Below are positions 38,221-50,322 of a stretch of 64,000 nt of DNA, piece by piece. Each line of letters starts with the position of its first letter. Position 1 is the first letter of the stretch. The DNA is from Eledone cirrhosa (lineage: Eukaryota). The stretch covers positions 252,526,001 through 252,590,000 of the forward strand of contig OZ024742.1 in assembly GCA_964016885.1 (NCBI GenBank). The letters run 5' to 3'. Under the pieces are notes generated by a model. It worked only from the letters and a program-made list of their open reading frames with translations. It was not told the origin of the DNA and did no database searches. Both the position numbers and the translations under genes were made by a program.

Positions 38221-39840
38221 TATGTGTGCTTACCCCCCAATCTGACATTAAAGGTGTTCCCAATTGACTATATTTTTTCCACTTAGCAATAATTATGACA
38301 TGGAAACCTGTCGAAAATGACTATCTTTGTAGAAACCTCACCAAACCACACCATACTACATCACAACAAGCTATTGATTTTGGTGTGACAAATTTTCATC
38401 TGGCAATTTTTTTTTTTTTTTTTTTTTTTCTGTGCTTACCACCCAATTTGACGTAAATGGTGCTCGCAAATTACTATTTTATGCACATATTATCAATGGT
38501 TATGACATGGAAACCTGATGAAAATGACTAGCTTTGTAGAAAAAAGAGGGAGGATGTGGATGGAAATACCATTTACAAAGCTAGTCATTTTTTATTGCAG
38601 CGGAAGTCATATTTTTTGTTAATATGCTAAAAGCATAGTCCACTGCAAGCATCTTGGAAGTTGATAGCACATGCAAAAATGAAGGAAAAATTTTTTTTCT
38701 AACATAAATGAAAGTGTAAATTTAAATCCTCACTTATAACAAAGCACACCACCGCACATTAATCCACCCCAATCCACACCATAAATTCACCATAACCATA
38801 CTTCACTATATGGTAAATTTATTACAAAACACCTACTCCGACTATTTACATCACACCATGGTATGGACATCAATGTGTCAAATTTGCTACCTGCTTCTTT
38901 TTTTTTTTTCTTTTTTTTTTTTTTGTGGTTACCACCTCAAACTAACATCAAAGGTGCTACCTGCTTTATTTTTTTTTTTTTTTGCGGTTACCACCTCAAA
39001 CTAACATCAAGGGTACTTGCAAATGACTATTTTCCCACACATTATCAATGAATATGACATGGGAATCTATCGTTTACAATTGGTTTCCATTTCATAACTT
39101 AACCAAACCAAACCACACCAAACCACACCATACTACATCACACCAAGCTATTGATTTTGGTGTGACAAATTTTCATTTGGCAATTTTTTTTTTTTTTTTT
39201 TTTTTTTCTGTGCTTACCACCCAATTTGACATAAATGGTGCTCGGAAATTACTATTTTATGCACATATTATCAATGGTTATGACATGGAAACCTGATGAA
39301 AATGACTAGCTTTGTAGAAAAAAGAGGGAGGATGTGGGTGGAAATACCATTTACAAAGCTAGCCATTTTTTATTGCAGCGGAAGTCATATTTTTTGTTAA
39401 TATGCTAAAAGCATAGTTCACTGCGAGCTTCTTGGAAGTTGAGAGCACATGCAAAAATGAAGGAAAAATTTTTCTTCTAACATAAATCAAAGTGGAAATT
39501 TAAATCCTCACTTATAACAAAGCATACCACAGCACAGATACTTCACCAGAACCATACTTCACCATATGGTAAATTTATTACAGAACACCTACTCCTACCA
39601 TTTACATCACACCAATGCTCGCAGTTGACTTTTTTTCACATATTATGAATGAATATAACTTTGAAACCTATCGTCAATGAGCTCTGTAGAAAAATGAAGG
39701 CAGAAAGTGGGTGGAAAAACCATTCACAAAGCTAGTCATTTTTAATTGCAGTGGAAATCGTATTTGTTGTTAATATGCTAAAAAAATAGTCAATTGCAAG
39801 CATTTTGGAGGTCGGATTAGTTGATAGGACATAAAAAAAA
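29690..39840. repeat. Tandem satellite, ~11 units of ~0.8-1.0 kb
   Basis: Marker gggaggatgtgg.tggaaataccatttacaaag at ~30033, 31041, 31940, 32852, 33861, 34761, 35762, 36650, 37608, 38548, 39326; degenerate copy ~39705. Confidence 0.95.
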
Positions 39841-39967
39841 CAAAGGAAAACAAATATTGTCTATATGTTCCTGTGGAAAGTCAGGTCTTCTGTATTACTG
39901 TGCGACGCCAGAGGTCATGGTTGTGTGTCAATGCCCTTGAGCGGTGCAATTGGGAAAGGTCGGCTTA

Positions 39968-40385
39968 GAAATATTTACTTCTGCATTCACAGATTGATTT
40001 TTTTTTTTTTTTTAGTTTCAGAAGATCCTATTAAGGGTGAAAGCAGCCGATTCTTTGCTTAAACTTTAATCTGTTATTTTAATAAATATTTGCTCTATGG
40101 TTCTTATATATTTTATATATATTTATCCTTATCGAGCCCTCTTTGGATGTTAGTCTTCAAATTTATTATTATTACTATTTGGCTCCCTTGATTGAGTACT
40201 CTATTGACTTATATTCATCATGCAGAAACAACATCTGAATATTTCTACAAAGAACATACCCGTACGATGCAGGAAGAAATACCTAAAACTACGTCTCCAC
40301 AAACCAAAGTATCGCCTTCCTGTCTTCCTTCGGTTGCAACGTTTTTTGAAATATTTACTTCTGCGTTCACAGATTAATTTTTTTA
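39968..40385 (+). mobile_element. Probable Penelope-like pLTR fragment with a terminal direct repeat and a hammerhead variant
   Basis: gaaatatttacttctgc.ttcacagatt repeated at 39968 and 40348; hammerhead-like fold at 40014-40065. Confidence 0.55.
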
Positions 40386-40404
40386 TATATATATATACAT
40401 ACAT

Positions 40405-40720
40405 ATTGAAAGCATTGGCCTTGCAATGGAAAGGTTGTGAGTTCAATTCTCAGACCGGGTGATGTGTTGTTTCCTTGAGCAAGACACTTTATTTCACATT
40501 GCTCCAGTTTACTCACCTGTAGAAATGAGATGATAGGACTGGAGTCCCTATCATTCCACTGCAAAGTGGTTGTAGAGGTGCCACGGCAAAAAAGCACCCA
40601 TTACTCACTGTAAATGAGGTTGGTGTTAGGCAGGGCATCCAGCTGTAGAAATCAAGCCAGAATCAGTTCCCGTCCCACCCTTGCAAGCAGGGAAAAAATG
40701 GACATGAAATGATGATGAAT
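40405..40720 (+). mobile_element. tRNA-derived CORE-type SINE with RTE tail
   Basis: B-box-like gagttcaattc, CORE-like tgtttccttgagcaagacacttta, RTE 3' UTR, (GAT)n. Confidence 0.8.
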
Positions 40721-41050
40721 GCTCCCAGCTGTGGTCACCCCATAGTATCAAACTAACCATGGAGCTTGGAGCAATCCAATGAAGCTACACCAAGAAGGTT
40801 GCCACAATGAAGGAGATAAACTACTGGGAGAGTCTAAAAGAATAGAAACTCTACTCCTCGGAATGAAGACGGGAGAGATATGCAATGATATACATTTGGA
40901 AAATCCTGGGGGGACTAAGACCAAACTTTTGCATTGAGAGCTGGACCAATTCTCGAACAGGACGTCACTGTGTGGTACCAAAGGTCCCGTCTTCCATATC
41001 TAGAATCAGGAGCAGCCATTGCAATAGCCTGGGGTTCAAAGACCCTCAAC
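40720..41050 (+). mobile_element. CR1/Jockey-group LINE relic
   Basis: NYWESLK.IETLL..RRERYAMIYIWKILGGL.PN; same family as 43780-44400. Confidence 0.65.
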
Positions 41051-41124
41051 TTGGTTTTCAAAATTTAAATTTGTGTTCCTATTCATAAATGCATCAAGCA
41101 AGCTATAAAACTCTGTTATATTTC

Positions 41125-41530
41125 ATGATCATCATTTTATGTCAGTTCTTCTACGCTAGCATGGGTTGTCATGTTGTGGGCAGTGTCCGGTCAGCTGACC
41201 TTGTCTTGCTCATACGGGAACTGATTCTGTCTTGATTTCTACAGCTGGATGCCCTTCCTAACACCAACCTCATTTACAGTGAGTGCTGGGTGTTTTTTTT
41301 TTTGTTTTTTTTTTTTTGTTTTTTTTTGCCGTGGCACCTCCACGACCATTTTGCAGTGGAATGATAGGGACCCCAGTCCTATCATCTCATTTCTACAGCT
41401 GAGTAAACTGGAGCAATGTGAAATAAAGTGTCTTGCTCAAGGAAACAACACATCACCCGGTCCGAGAATTAAACTCACAACCTTTCAATTGCAAGCCCAA
41501 TGCTCTAACTACTGAGCCATGTGCCTTCTA
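41125..41530 (-). mobile_element. Full-length tRNA/CORE/RTE-tail SINE
   Basis: Minus strand aggcacatggctcagtagttagagc (A box) ... CORE-like segment ... RTE tail; inverted relative to the 40405 copy. Confidence 0.85.
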
Positions 41531-42504
41531 TTGTTGGCAATGTTAGGTCAGGTGACCATGTCTTGCTCATAAAGAACTGATTTTGGCTTGGTTTCTACAG
41601 CTGGATGCCCTTCCTCATGCCAAGCTCATTTACAATGAGTACTGGGTGTTTTCTGTTGTGATTCCTCTACGACTACTTTACAGTGTGGACTGGGTGTTTT
41701 TTACCGTGTCACCATCACGACCACTTTACAGTGTTTCGGCCTGTTCTCATGAAAGATATATTGGCGGGTGGGATGGATTGGTGCATACTGTATGTATGTT
41801 TCAGCCTTGGCCTGTGGGAAGTTGGGGTTTCTGTATTACCTCATAACGCCAGAGATTTTGGTCCTGTGTCATTGCCTTTCAGAGGTGCAATTGGGCAAGG
41901 TCGGCTTTTATCACTTCATCTCAAGTCTTTCAGGGACTTTATGTAGCTGTCATCCTTCATACGAATCGCATGTCCATACCAACATAATCTCCTCTCCTGC
42001 ACACATTTGATTCCTCTTATGCCTAGTTTCTCTTTCAGTTTGTTTATGCTTTGCTGTTCGCGTATATTACTATTACACATCCATCGGAGCATACAAGCTT
42101 CATTCCTTTCTAATCTATGCAAGTCTTCTACACACAGCGCCCAGCTCTCACTACCATGCAACATTGCCGTTCATATGCACACATCATACAGTCTACCTTT
42201 TATTCTGAGGGAAAAGCCTTTTGTATCCAGCTGTGGCAGTAGCTCCTTGAACTTCTTCCATCCCGTTCTTTCAGAACCCCCCCCCCCCCCCCTCCGCTTC
42301 TAATTCGGTATTGTTTTTACCAAGTCCTCCCAGACTTTGATGTCACTTGTTTTCAGTGATTGTTTGCTGCTTACTGTCCTGGTGCAACTGCTACATGTAA
42401 AGCCTACATTCTTAACTAAACTTCCTGAGATCCCACTACATCTCTTGTGTATGCATATGGGGCAGAGGATGGAGTTTCTACCTACACCTCTCCTACATAA
42501 TGAG

Positions 42505-42505
<1 letters not shown>
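41531..42505 (-). mobile_element. Truncated RTE (PHD family) 3' fragment
   Basis: CSLCRRGVGRNSILCP..HKRCSGISG, MLHGSESWAL, RRLCWYGH. Confidence 0.85.
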
Positions 42506-42536
<31 letters not shown>

Positions 42537-42558
42537 CACACACTCACACATATATATA

Positions 42559-43515
42559 TATACTAGCCGAATTATCAGCGCCTTGCTGCGTTTCACACAT
42601 TCTTTTTGTAAGAAAATGATGATTGATTTTAAATCAGTGATATAATTTATGGAGAAAAACTCAATATTACTCAATGTAAAATATAATGCATGAAAAATTG
42701 GAAAACATCATTTTTTGTAATATATCAAATCAAAATTGCAATATTAAATCTTATTCTTATTTTGTTTCTTGTAAATAATTTTTTTTCAAAATATCAATTG
42801 AAAATTTTGTGAATAGGCATCATATCTTGTCATTTACCTATGGTTTAAGTTTCATATAAATCGAAAGGGAAAAGTTTTCAGCGGGGGTTTGTACCCCCGG
42901 GGAACCCTAATAGGGGGTTTAACCACCATTAAGGTGTCTTATAGTATTGAAATTTTGTGAACAGGCATCATATCTCTTCATTTATCTATGGTTTAAATTG
43001 CATATAAATCGAACGAAGGGAAAACATTTTCAGCAGGGGTTTGTGCCACCGGTGAACCCTAATAGGGGGTTTAACCCCCATTAGGGTATTTTAATTTTAT
43101 TGAAATTTGCTGAAATTTTGTGAATAGGCATCATATCTTGTCATTTACCTATGGTTTAAATTTCATATAAATCGAAGGTAAAGTTTCAGTGGCGGTTTTG
43201 TGCCCTCGATGAACCCTTTGATTACAATGAAATATACTTATACAAGTACCCTGGGCAATGTAGTTTCAGAATATATATGGTTATGGGGGTCTATCTCCAA
43301 AACCATAGGAGGAGTTTGTAAAATCTTGTTCCATTTATTGGCCAAACTTTTCACTATAGGGCGTTTAACCCCCATTAGGGTGTCTTAATATTATTGAAAT
43401 TTGCACACACACACATATATATATATACACACAAACACACACACACACACATATATATATACACAAACACACACATATATATATATATATATACAGACAC
43501 ACATATTTATATCTT
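42559..43515 (+). mobile_element. Helitron/HINE-like non-autonomous element with internal ~150-165-bp tandem repeats
   Basis: Starts tatactagccgaattatcagcgccttgctgcg in (TA)n; three copies of tgtgaa.aggcatcatatc (42808, 42955, 43119); (AC)n near the 3' end. Confidence 0.55.
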
Positions 43516-43779
43516 TTAGCAGAGCATTTTAATATTGCCACGCAATGAAAACCCTTTGTTTGTTTGGAATAAATGAATCTTGAAAATTAGGAGTGCCTGT
43601 CAGTGTGTTTGTGTTTGTCTACTTAGCATCAATTTACTACCCTCCCCTACCACCAGAAAATGTATAAATACCACCATATTACATTGACAGTCGGCTTTTC
43701 TGATGATTTCCTCCGAATGAAACAGTTCTAGTCCTGTTGAAGCCATTTCTATATTAAATATATATATATATACTCTTTT

Positions 43780-44400
43780 AGTTGTTCCAGCCATCCGGCT
43801 GAGACCATGATTGGGTACTGCCCTTGTTGCTACACATTCTATCTCCAGCCTGTGTTGGCTGGCCATTGATGTAAGAGGGAGTTCGTTGCTGCTGCCCTTA
43901 GGTTACCTTCGTACCATGATGTGGGCTCATCCGGGATCCTGGATAACAGGGTGTCGAGAAGTTTCTTGAAAATATCCACGGCCATACCATGTAGATCTCT
44001 CAAATCCCTCGGAAGTTTGTTGAAGAGTTGAGGGCCTTTGAACCCCAGTCTATTGCAATATCTGCTTCTTGTTCTAGATGTGGAAGATGGGACCTTTGTC
44101 ACCACACAGTGACGTCCTGTCAATACCAAAGTTTGGCGCTAGTCCCTCCAGGATTTTCCATATGTATATCACTGCGTATCTCTCCCGTCTTCGTTCCAAG
44201 GAGTAGAGTTTCAGTTCTTTTAGCCTCTCCCAGTAGCTCATCTCCTTCATCGTGCAATCCTCTTGGTGTAGCTTCGTTGGATTGTCTCAAGTTCTGTGGT
44301 TAGTTTGATACTATGGGGTGACCACTGCTGGGAGCAATAGTCCAGGCGGCTTAGGACAAATGGCCTTCATAGTATCAACATGGTCTCCCGGTCTCTTATA
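43780..44400 (-). mobile_element. CR1/Jockey-group LINE 3' relic
   Basis: VLSRLDYCSQQWSP, MSYWERLKELKLYSLERRRERY, GPQLFNKLPRDLR. Confidence 0.75.
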
Positions 44401-44619
44401 TAGAAAACCTCAAATAAAAAGTCAAGATTTGTTTTGATTTAACAGAGCAGAAAGAATTCGCGTCAGAATATTCCAACCAATCCAGCCTATATCAGCTGAA
44501 TAAATATGTATATGGAGATATATATATATACACACCCACATGCACATATATATATATATACACACACGCACGCACACACATATATATACACACACACATA
44601 CATACACGCATGCATGCAT

Positions 44620-45232
44620 ACATGATGGCTGCCCCCCTCGTTATCGAGTATGGCCATTGCACGATATACCATTATTAATAATTATTAATTAATTCTATTG
44701 TGCATGAAGATATTTTTTTAAATGAGGAAAGACTGTGCACTGAGCCAATCCCACTCTCTGAGCAACAGTAGCTATAACCCGAAAAGAAGAAAATATCAAC
44801 ATCATCGGTAACTACTGAGCCGCAGGTTTTATATCGGAGTTATCCCAGTTTCCTGAGTTGCCTTCTCCTAGAAGAATGCCCTGACAAAGGCTAGGGGTCC
44901 TTCATTCCCAGTGGTTTAACCGCGCGATCAGGTGTCCAGCCAGATTATTTCTATGTCCCCGTGCATGTACATACACATGCACCCATGTATATATACATAT
45001 ACATACATATGTACATGTGTATTTACATATTTACACACTTTTGGATGGCCGTTGACTCTTATGAGATCTTCCGCCCTTTGTCAGGTTTTGTTTTTTGTCC
45101 TGCAGGGTGTCCAAAATCACCCTCCTCACCAAGTAAACTTGGTGGGGTTGCCGGTTTAGTCGCAGACGACCCGACCATGCGACAGGTTGTACTGGGTTAC
45201 ATGTTACCATTAGCACTCAAGAGTGACCCGAC
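44620..45232 (-). mobile_element. Short internally deleted RTE derivative (5' UTR plus 3' tail)
   Basis: Tail gcaatggccatactcgataacgagggg..cagccatcat nearly identical to 62418-62455; body shared with 15293-15757; no ORF. Confidence 0.7.
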
Positions 45233-45242
45233 ATACATACAT

Positions 45243-47730
45243 ACATGATGGCTGCAAACTCGTGTTCAAGTATTGCCATCGCCCGATAAAATGTTAAAAA
45301 ATGTGAAGCACAAATGTGACTCTTTAAACCAGCCAAATACTTGCACCCTCTGGCACACACATGGCAACTTTAGGCTCCCACCAAACCTTCCATTGCTTTG
45401 TTCTGGCTGTATGTTCACATGTATCTTTTAAGACCTCCCATGCTTGTACATTTCTTGCACCTTTTCAGATGATAATCTACAGGAGGTCTACTGATATGAC
45501 TTTGTTCATGTCTAATCAAACCAGCTTTGCTCAGGCTGACTAGACCACAGTGCTGGCAAACCAGATGATGTTCAACAGCAGGCAGTTCAGAACAGTCTCA
45601 ATCCTCACCTTCCTTTTCAGTGTTAGGTGTTCTCTCCGATGAGTTTCAAAGTGTTCACCACCTGACTTGATCAAACGTCTCCACTTCACACGCTCGTCAG
45701 CCATTTTCTCACATTCGTCAAATGAAATTCCAGCACAAGCCAAGGTGCCTCTGATACAGTCCCGGTACCGCCTTTTTGGTTTATGTGGTGGTCGCCTTCC
45801 TTCACACAGTTCTCCATAGAGAAGTTGCTTTGGAATACGATCATCAGACATCCGGACCACGTGATTGCACCACCTCAACCGATACCGAAAGATTATGCTC
45901 TCTATAGTCACGCACCTGCTCCGTTCTAGAACTTCCAAATCACTGGCGAACATTTTCCACCACACCCCAAGTAACTTATGAAGAGATTGTTGGTGAAATC
46001 TCTCCAGATCCTTGAGGTGCTTTCTGTATGTGACCCACGTTTCACAACCATAAAGTAAAGAGGAGACGACACAAGTCAGATACACTTTCACCCTGGTTTC
46101 GATAGTGATACCTCGTCTGGACCATAAACGTTGATGCAGCCGTCCAAAAGCATCACTGGCTTTCTTGATTCTTAAGGATATTTCATTATCATGTGTGCAT
46201 GAAGTGTGCAACGTACTACCAAGGTAAACAAACTTGTCAGCAACTTTTAGCCTCTTTCTGTACACGTACACACTTGGTGCAGTGTACTCGTTTCCAGGTA
46301 CTGGCTGATACATCACAACAGTCTTTTCCAAGCTTATTGTGATGCCCAAAGTGCTGCAAGCTGCAGAAAAAGAGTTCATAATATGCTGCATGTCACTTTG
46401 TGAGTGTGCAAAAAGATCGCACTCGTCTGCATACAAAAACTCTCGGATTATAGATGTTAATACCTTTGTGCTTATACCAAAGCGCCTGGTGTTGAACAAT
46501 CTTCCTGAAGTGCGATACCTGATGTAAACCCCATGAGAACAATATTTGAATGCCATGAGAAACACTATCGTAAAATATAAGGAAAACAGAGTTGGAGCCG
46601 GAATGTCCCCCTGCTTCATTCCATTTTCAACTGATATTGGTTCAGAGATGCTACCACCAATACTGACCAAAGCCTTCATGTCATCATGGAAAAGATGCAG
46701 AATCTTCTACCCTACCTTGGATTTTTTTCCCACAACGCAGTTTGATTGACAGTGTCAAAGGCCTTTGTCAAGTCAACAAAGACCTGGTAAAGGTCCATAC
46801 ATTGTTCGATACACTTTTCTTGCAGCTGCCGAGCAGAAACGATCATATCCACTGTTCCTCTTTCCTTTCTGAACCCACACTGCGACTCAGGCAACACATT
46901 CAGAGCAACTCTTGGGATCAATCTATCCATCAATATTCGACACGACTTTACCAACTACTGAAAGAAGGGATATGACATGATAATTGCCACATTTGTCCTT
47001 GCCGTCCTTTCCTTTATGGAGAATCACCATGAGCGCATCCTTCTTGTGGGACATTCTCATCTTCCCACACCATTTTCATGAGGTCAGTCAGGCGCTGCGT
47101 GAAGTTTTCACCACCACACTTCAAAACCGCTCCACTCAGACCATCCATACCAGGAGACTTACCACAGTTCAACTTATGTACAACAGAAGTCCCCTCTGCA
47201 AGAGAAGATACATTAGCCATCTCATATACTTCACTGGTTCAATAGGAATGGAACAAATGAAATCATCATCAACCTGGGATGGCTGGTTTAAGAGCTCATC
47301 AAAGTGATCTCTCTATCTGTCGAGTGTCTTTTGGGTCGCGCAGTAATTGCTTGCCATCTTTCGATCTCAAAGAGGCCACTGGAGAGCTGAAAGGGCCATA
47401 CACCTCTGTGAGTAGAAAGTGCGGCAGTTTCACATTGTTGCCGTCAGATGCCACTTGAACTTCATCTGCTTTATTGCTCCACCAGGTATTTTGCATAGCC
47501 CTGAGTTTCACCTGCACTTCCTTCTTTACCTGTCTGTAATGCTCATAATTGTCACCAACAGAGCTACCACCTTTAATAACTGCATCAAGTGCCTTTTGTT
47601 TTCTGTCTAGCAGAGCCTTGACCTCCTGGTCATTCTCATCAAACCAGTCCTTGTTTTCTTGTGATAAAGCCAAGGACCTCTGCTGAAGCCTCATAGACCG
47701 AGCTCCTGAAATCCTTCCAGTTGTTCTCAT
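45243..47730 (-). pseudogene. Degenerate RTE LINE, related to the family at 59030-62460
   Basis: PESQCGFR, FVDLTKAFD, GMKQGDIPAP, FLYADEC (YADD mutated), FVYLGS; frameshifts. Confidence 0.9.
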
Positions 47731-48329
47731 ACACGCATACATACTTACATATATACATGTATACATACATACACACATCCATCCATCCATCCAACCATAC
47801 ATGTATACATACATACATACAATGGTTAAAGTGTTTGACTGACGACCATAAGTTCATGGATTCATATTTGGGACCGGGTAGTTATTGAATCAACTTGATA
47901 TCAATGTTTATTATACAGCACACTTCCTCTTTGGTATAATATGACACATAGTACCCATCTAATCTGTTATAATATGATTTACCTTTCCTCTGTGAAGGCA
48001 CATGCCTTAGGGGTTACGGTACTGGACTAACCATTATAAAGTCATGGGCTCGTTTCTTCGATCCTGCAGCATGTTGCGTCCTTCAGTAAAATACTTTAGT
48101 TCGTGTAGCATCTGCTACCAGGACTTGCGGCACACAGGTAATATCAGTAAGGGAAAAAAACCTTGTTTCATTAGTATGACTTGGAAATCAGTTCCACTCT
48201 ATTTATCTTCTTTATTAAAGGCAATCAAATTATTTTTTATTTTATTCTTTTTCTTATTTTTCCATGTTTGTTAAATAAATTCCAAAAAATCGAACTAAAT
48301 TGAAATTTTGTAATAAAATTTCCATAAAA

Positions 48330-48665
48330 GTTAATGTTTACAATACAATAAAATGTAATAAAATGTATTGAAGTCGACGAAATGTGGACCTTCATTTTTG
48401 AAAGATGGATAATGCTATAAGCAGACCTTACAATATTGTACCACAATTTTCCTTTGTGCAAAAGTGGGCAGCCGAATTTAGGAAACATAGGGGATTCTTG
48501 AAGATGACCCAATGTCTGGACGTCCTACAACTGCCACAACCGAGGAAAACATTGATCTCAGTACTGCAACACCGATGGAAGAAGTGTGTGGAACGCAAGG
48601 GAGACTGTTGAAAAATAAACCTCATTTGGTCACATTCCATGAGAGTATCTTCGTCAACCCTCGTA
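48330..48665 (+). mobile_element. Internally deleted mariner transposon
   Basis: VQKWAAEFR..LEDDPMSGRPTTATTEENID fused to the C-terminal LQHRWKKCVERKGD. Confidence 0.75.
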
Positions 48666-48759
48666 TCTATGTGCAATATACGTAAAGATACAGAATTGCG
48701 GGCACATTGTTGTCATATTTGTTGGTGAAAAAAATTTGATTATAAAACTTAAATTTATG

Positions 48760-49101
48760 AATGACTTGTTTTCTACATTGATAACCATGACTTGTTTTCT
48801 AATTTGGCCATTTTAAGGGCCACCTATATTTTCATTTAAGTAACTCCACTTACATCGATATGCTTTATAACCATGACTTGTTTTCTATGTTTTCTAATTT
48901 GGCCTTTTTAAGTCTTCCCTCTCTCTCTCTCTCTTCCTTATCTCTCTCTCTTCCTTATCTCTCCTCTTCCCTCTCTCTCTAAAAAAAATGCGTGAAAACT
49001 CCACTTACGCGTGGTAGTAATACGGAAATAAACGATGTTGGCGAGTGACGCCACCTTCGCCTGTTTTCCACTGGACTGACAGCTAATAGCGTTGTAGTGC
49101 C
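48760..49101. mobile_element. Right end of GGCACTACAAC TIR element
   Basis: gtggtagtaatacggaaataaacgatg...ctgacagctaatagcgttgtagtgcc; 48797-48853 is the reverse complement of 49670-49725. Confidence 0.7.
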
Positions 49102-49589
49102 GAAAAATGAAATGAAGGCTGTCTCCCTACTACCAAAGACCGCCCAGTTTTGTATCATAGAACCAAGGGTGGGTTCGTATCAAGACTTAAATATATATTT
49201 GTCAAACTCACCGTATAATTGTTCCAATGAATGCAGTCGGCAACTATTAACATTAAATTTTAACACGACAGAGTTATTTCCCCTTTACAAGATTTAATTT
49301 CACAGTTTCCGATAGGTGGAGAAGGGTCAATGGTTTCTAATTTAAGCACAAGGCCAGCAATTATTTTTATGCTGGAAAAGTTTAGTATAATGTCACATTA
49401 CATGACTGGTACTTTATTTTATCGACCTACATGTGTATAAGGATGTATAAACATAAATATGAATGTATGTATAAAATCCTGTAGGTCACTAATACTCTTG
49501 TTGTTATCGTACATTTTGTATAAGTTTTCTACAGCTGGATGCCCTTCCTTTCACCAGCCACTAGGTTGATATTACTAAGAAGATATGAC

Positions 49590-49730
49590 GGCACTACAAC
49601 GCTATTAGCTGTCAGTCGAAGCAGCCGATGAAAGCAAAACATCGTTTATTTCCGTATTACTACCACGCGTAAGTGGAGTTACTTAAATGAAAATATAGGT
49701 GGCCCTTCAAAGGGCCAAATTAGAATATAC
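49590..49730. mobile_element. Left end of GGCACTACAAC TIR element
   Basis: Nearly identical to 14750-14845. Confidence 0.75.
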
Positions 49731-49783
49731 CGCTGCGTTTTTACAGTTTTACTAGTTACACATACATATATATATATATATAC

Positions 49784-49865
49784 ACACGGTGTCCCCTCCA
49801 AAATATATACACACTTTGATTACTTTGCTGTTGAAGTGTGTATACATTTTTGGGGACCCTGTGTT
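49784..49865. mobile_element. Tiny Tc1/mariner-like MITE
   Basis: cacggtgtcccc..aaaatatatacacactt / aagtgtgtatacatttttggggaccctgtg inverted pair in (TA)n. Confidence 0.5.
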
Positions 49866-49908
<43 letters not shown>

Positions 49909-50255
49909 GGAAGGGAGAAATTTTTGGATGTTATACCTGACATAATAAAAAACCAAAATACACCCCTAACATTTGTCGGAATATCAATCAAGAGAGTAGA
50001 TAAATAAATATATAAATACATAAATAAGAAATGATAGAAAAGAAAAAGAAAATCCCTATATTATGTAATATTCCCAGTCACCCCTAAATTTTCCCTAAAT
50101 TTCAAAACCGGGAGGGAAAAGTCCGAGGGTTAAAATCCCAAATGATGGTACCTCAAATACTAGTGTATCCCTTCGCATTACAGTTTAAAGCAATACATAT
50201 GATCGCTTTGATGACTCTTATTCGTTTCTAAGGGTCTCGTTTTTCTCTTCTTTCT

Positions 50256-50313
<58 letters not shown>

Positions 50314-50322
50314 AGAAAATAA

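Noticed and set aside
29690-39840. CRISPR-like or coding interpretation of the array, and its repeated short ORFs
   Set aside because: Spacers are not unique, no cas genes are present, the context is eukaryotic, and the ORFs depend on variable poly-T lengths
41455-41530. tRNA gene (similar heads at ~12160-12240 and ~47995-48065)
   Set aside because: A/B boxes run directly into CORE and LINE-tail sequence, so these are SINE heads
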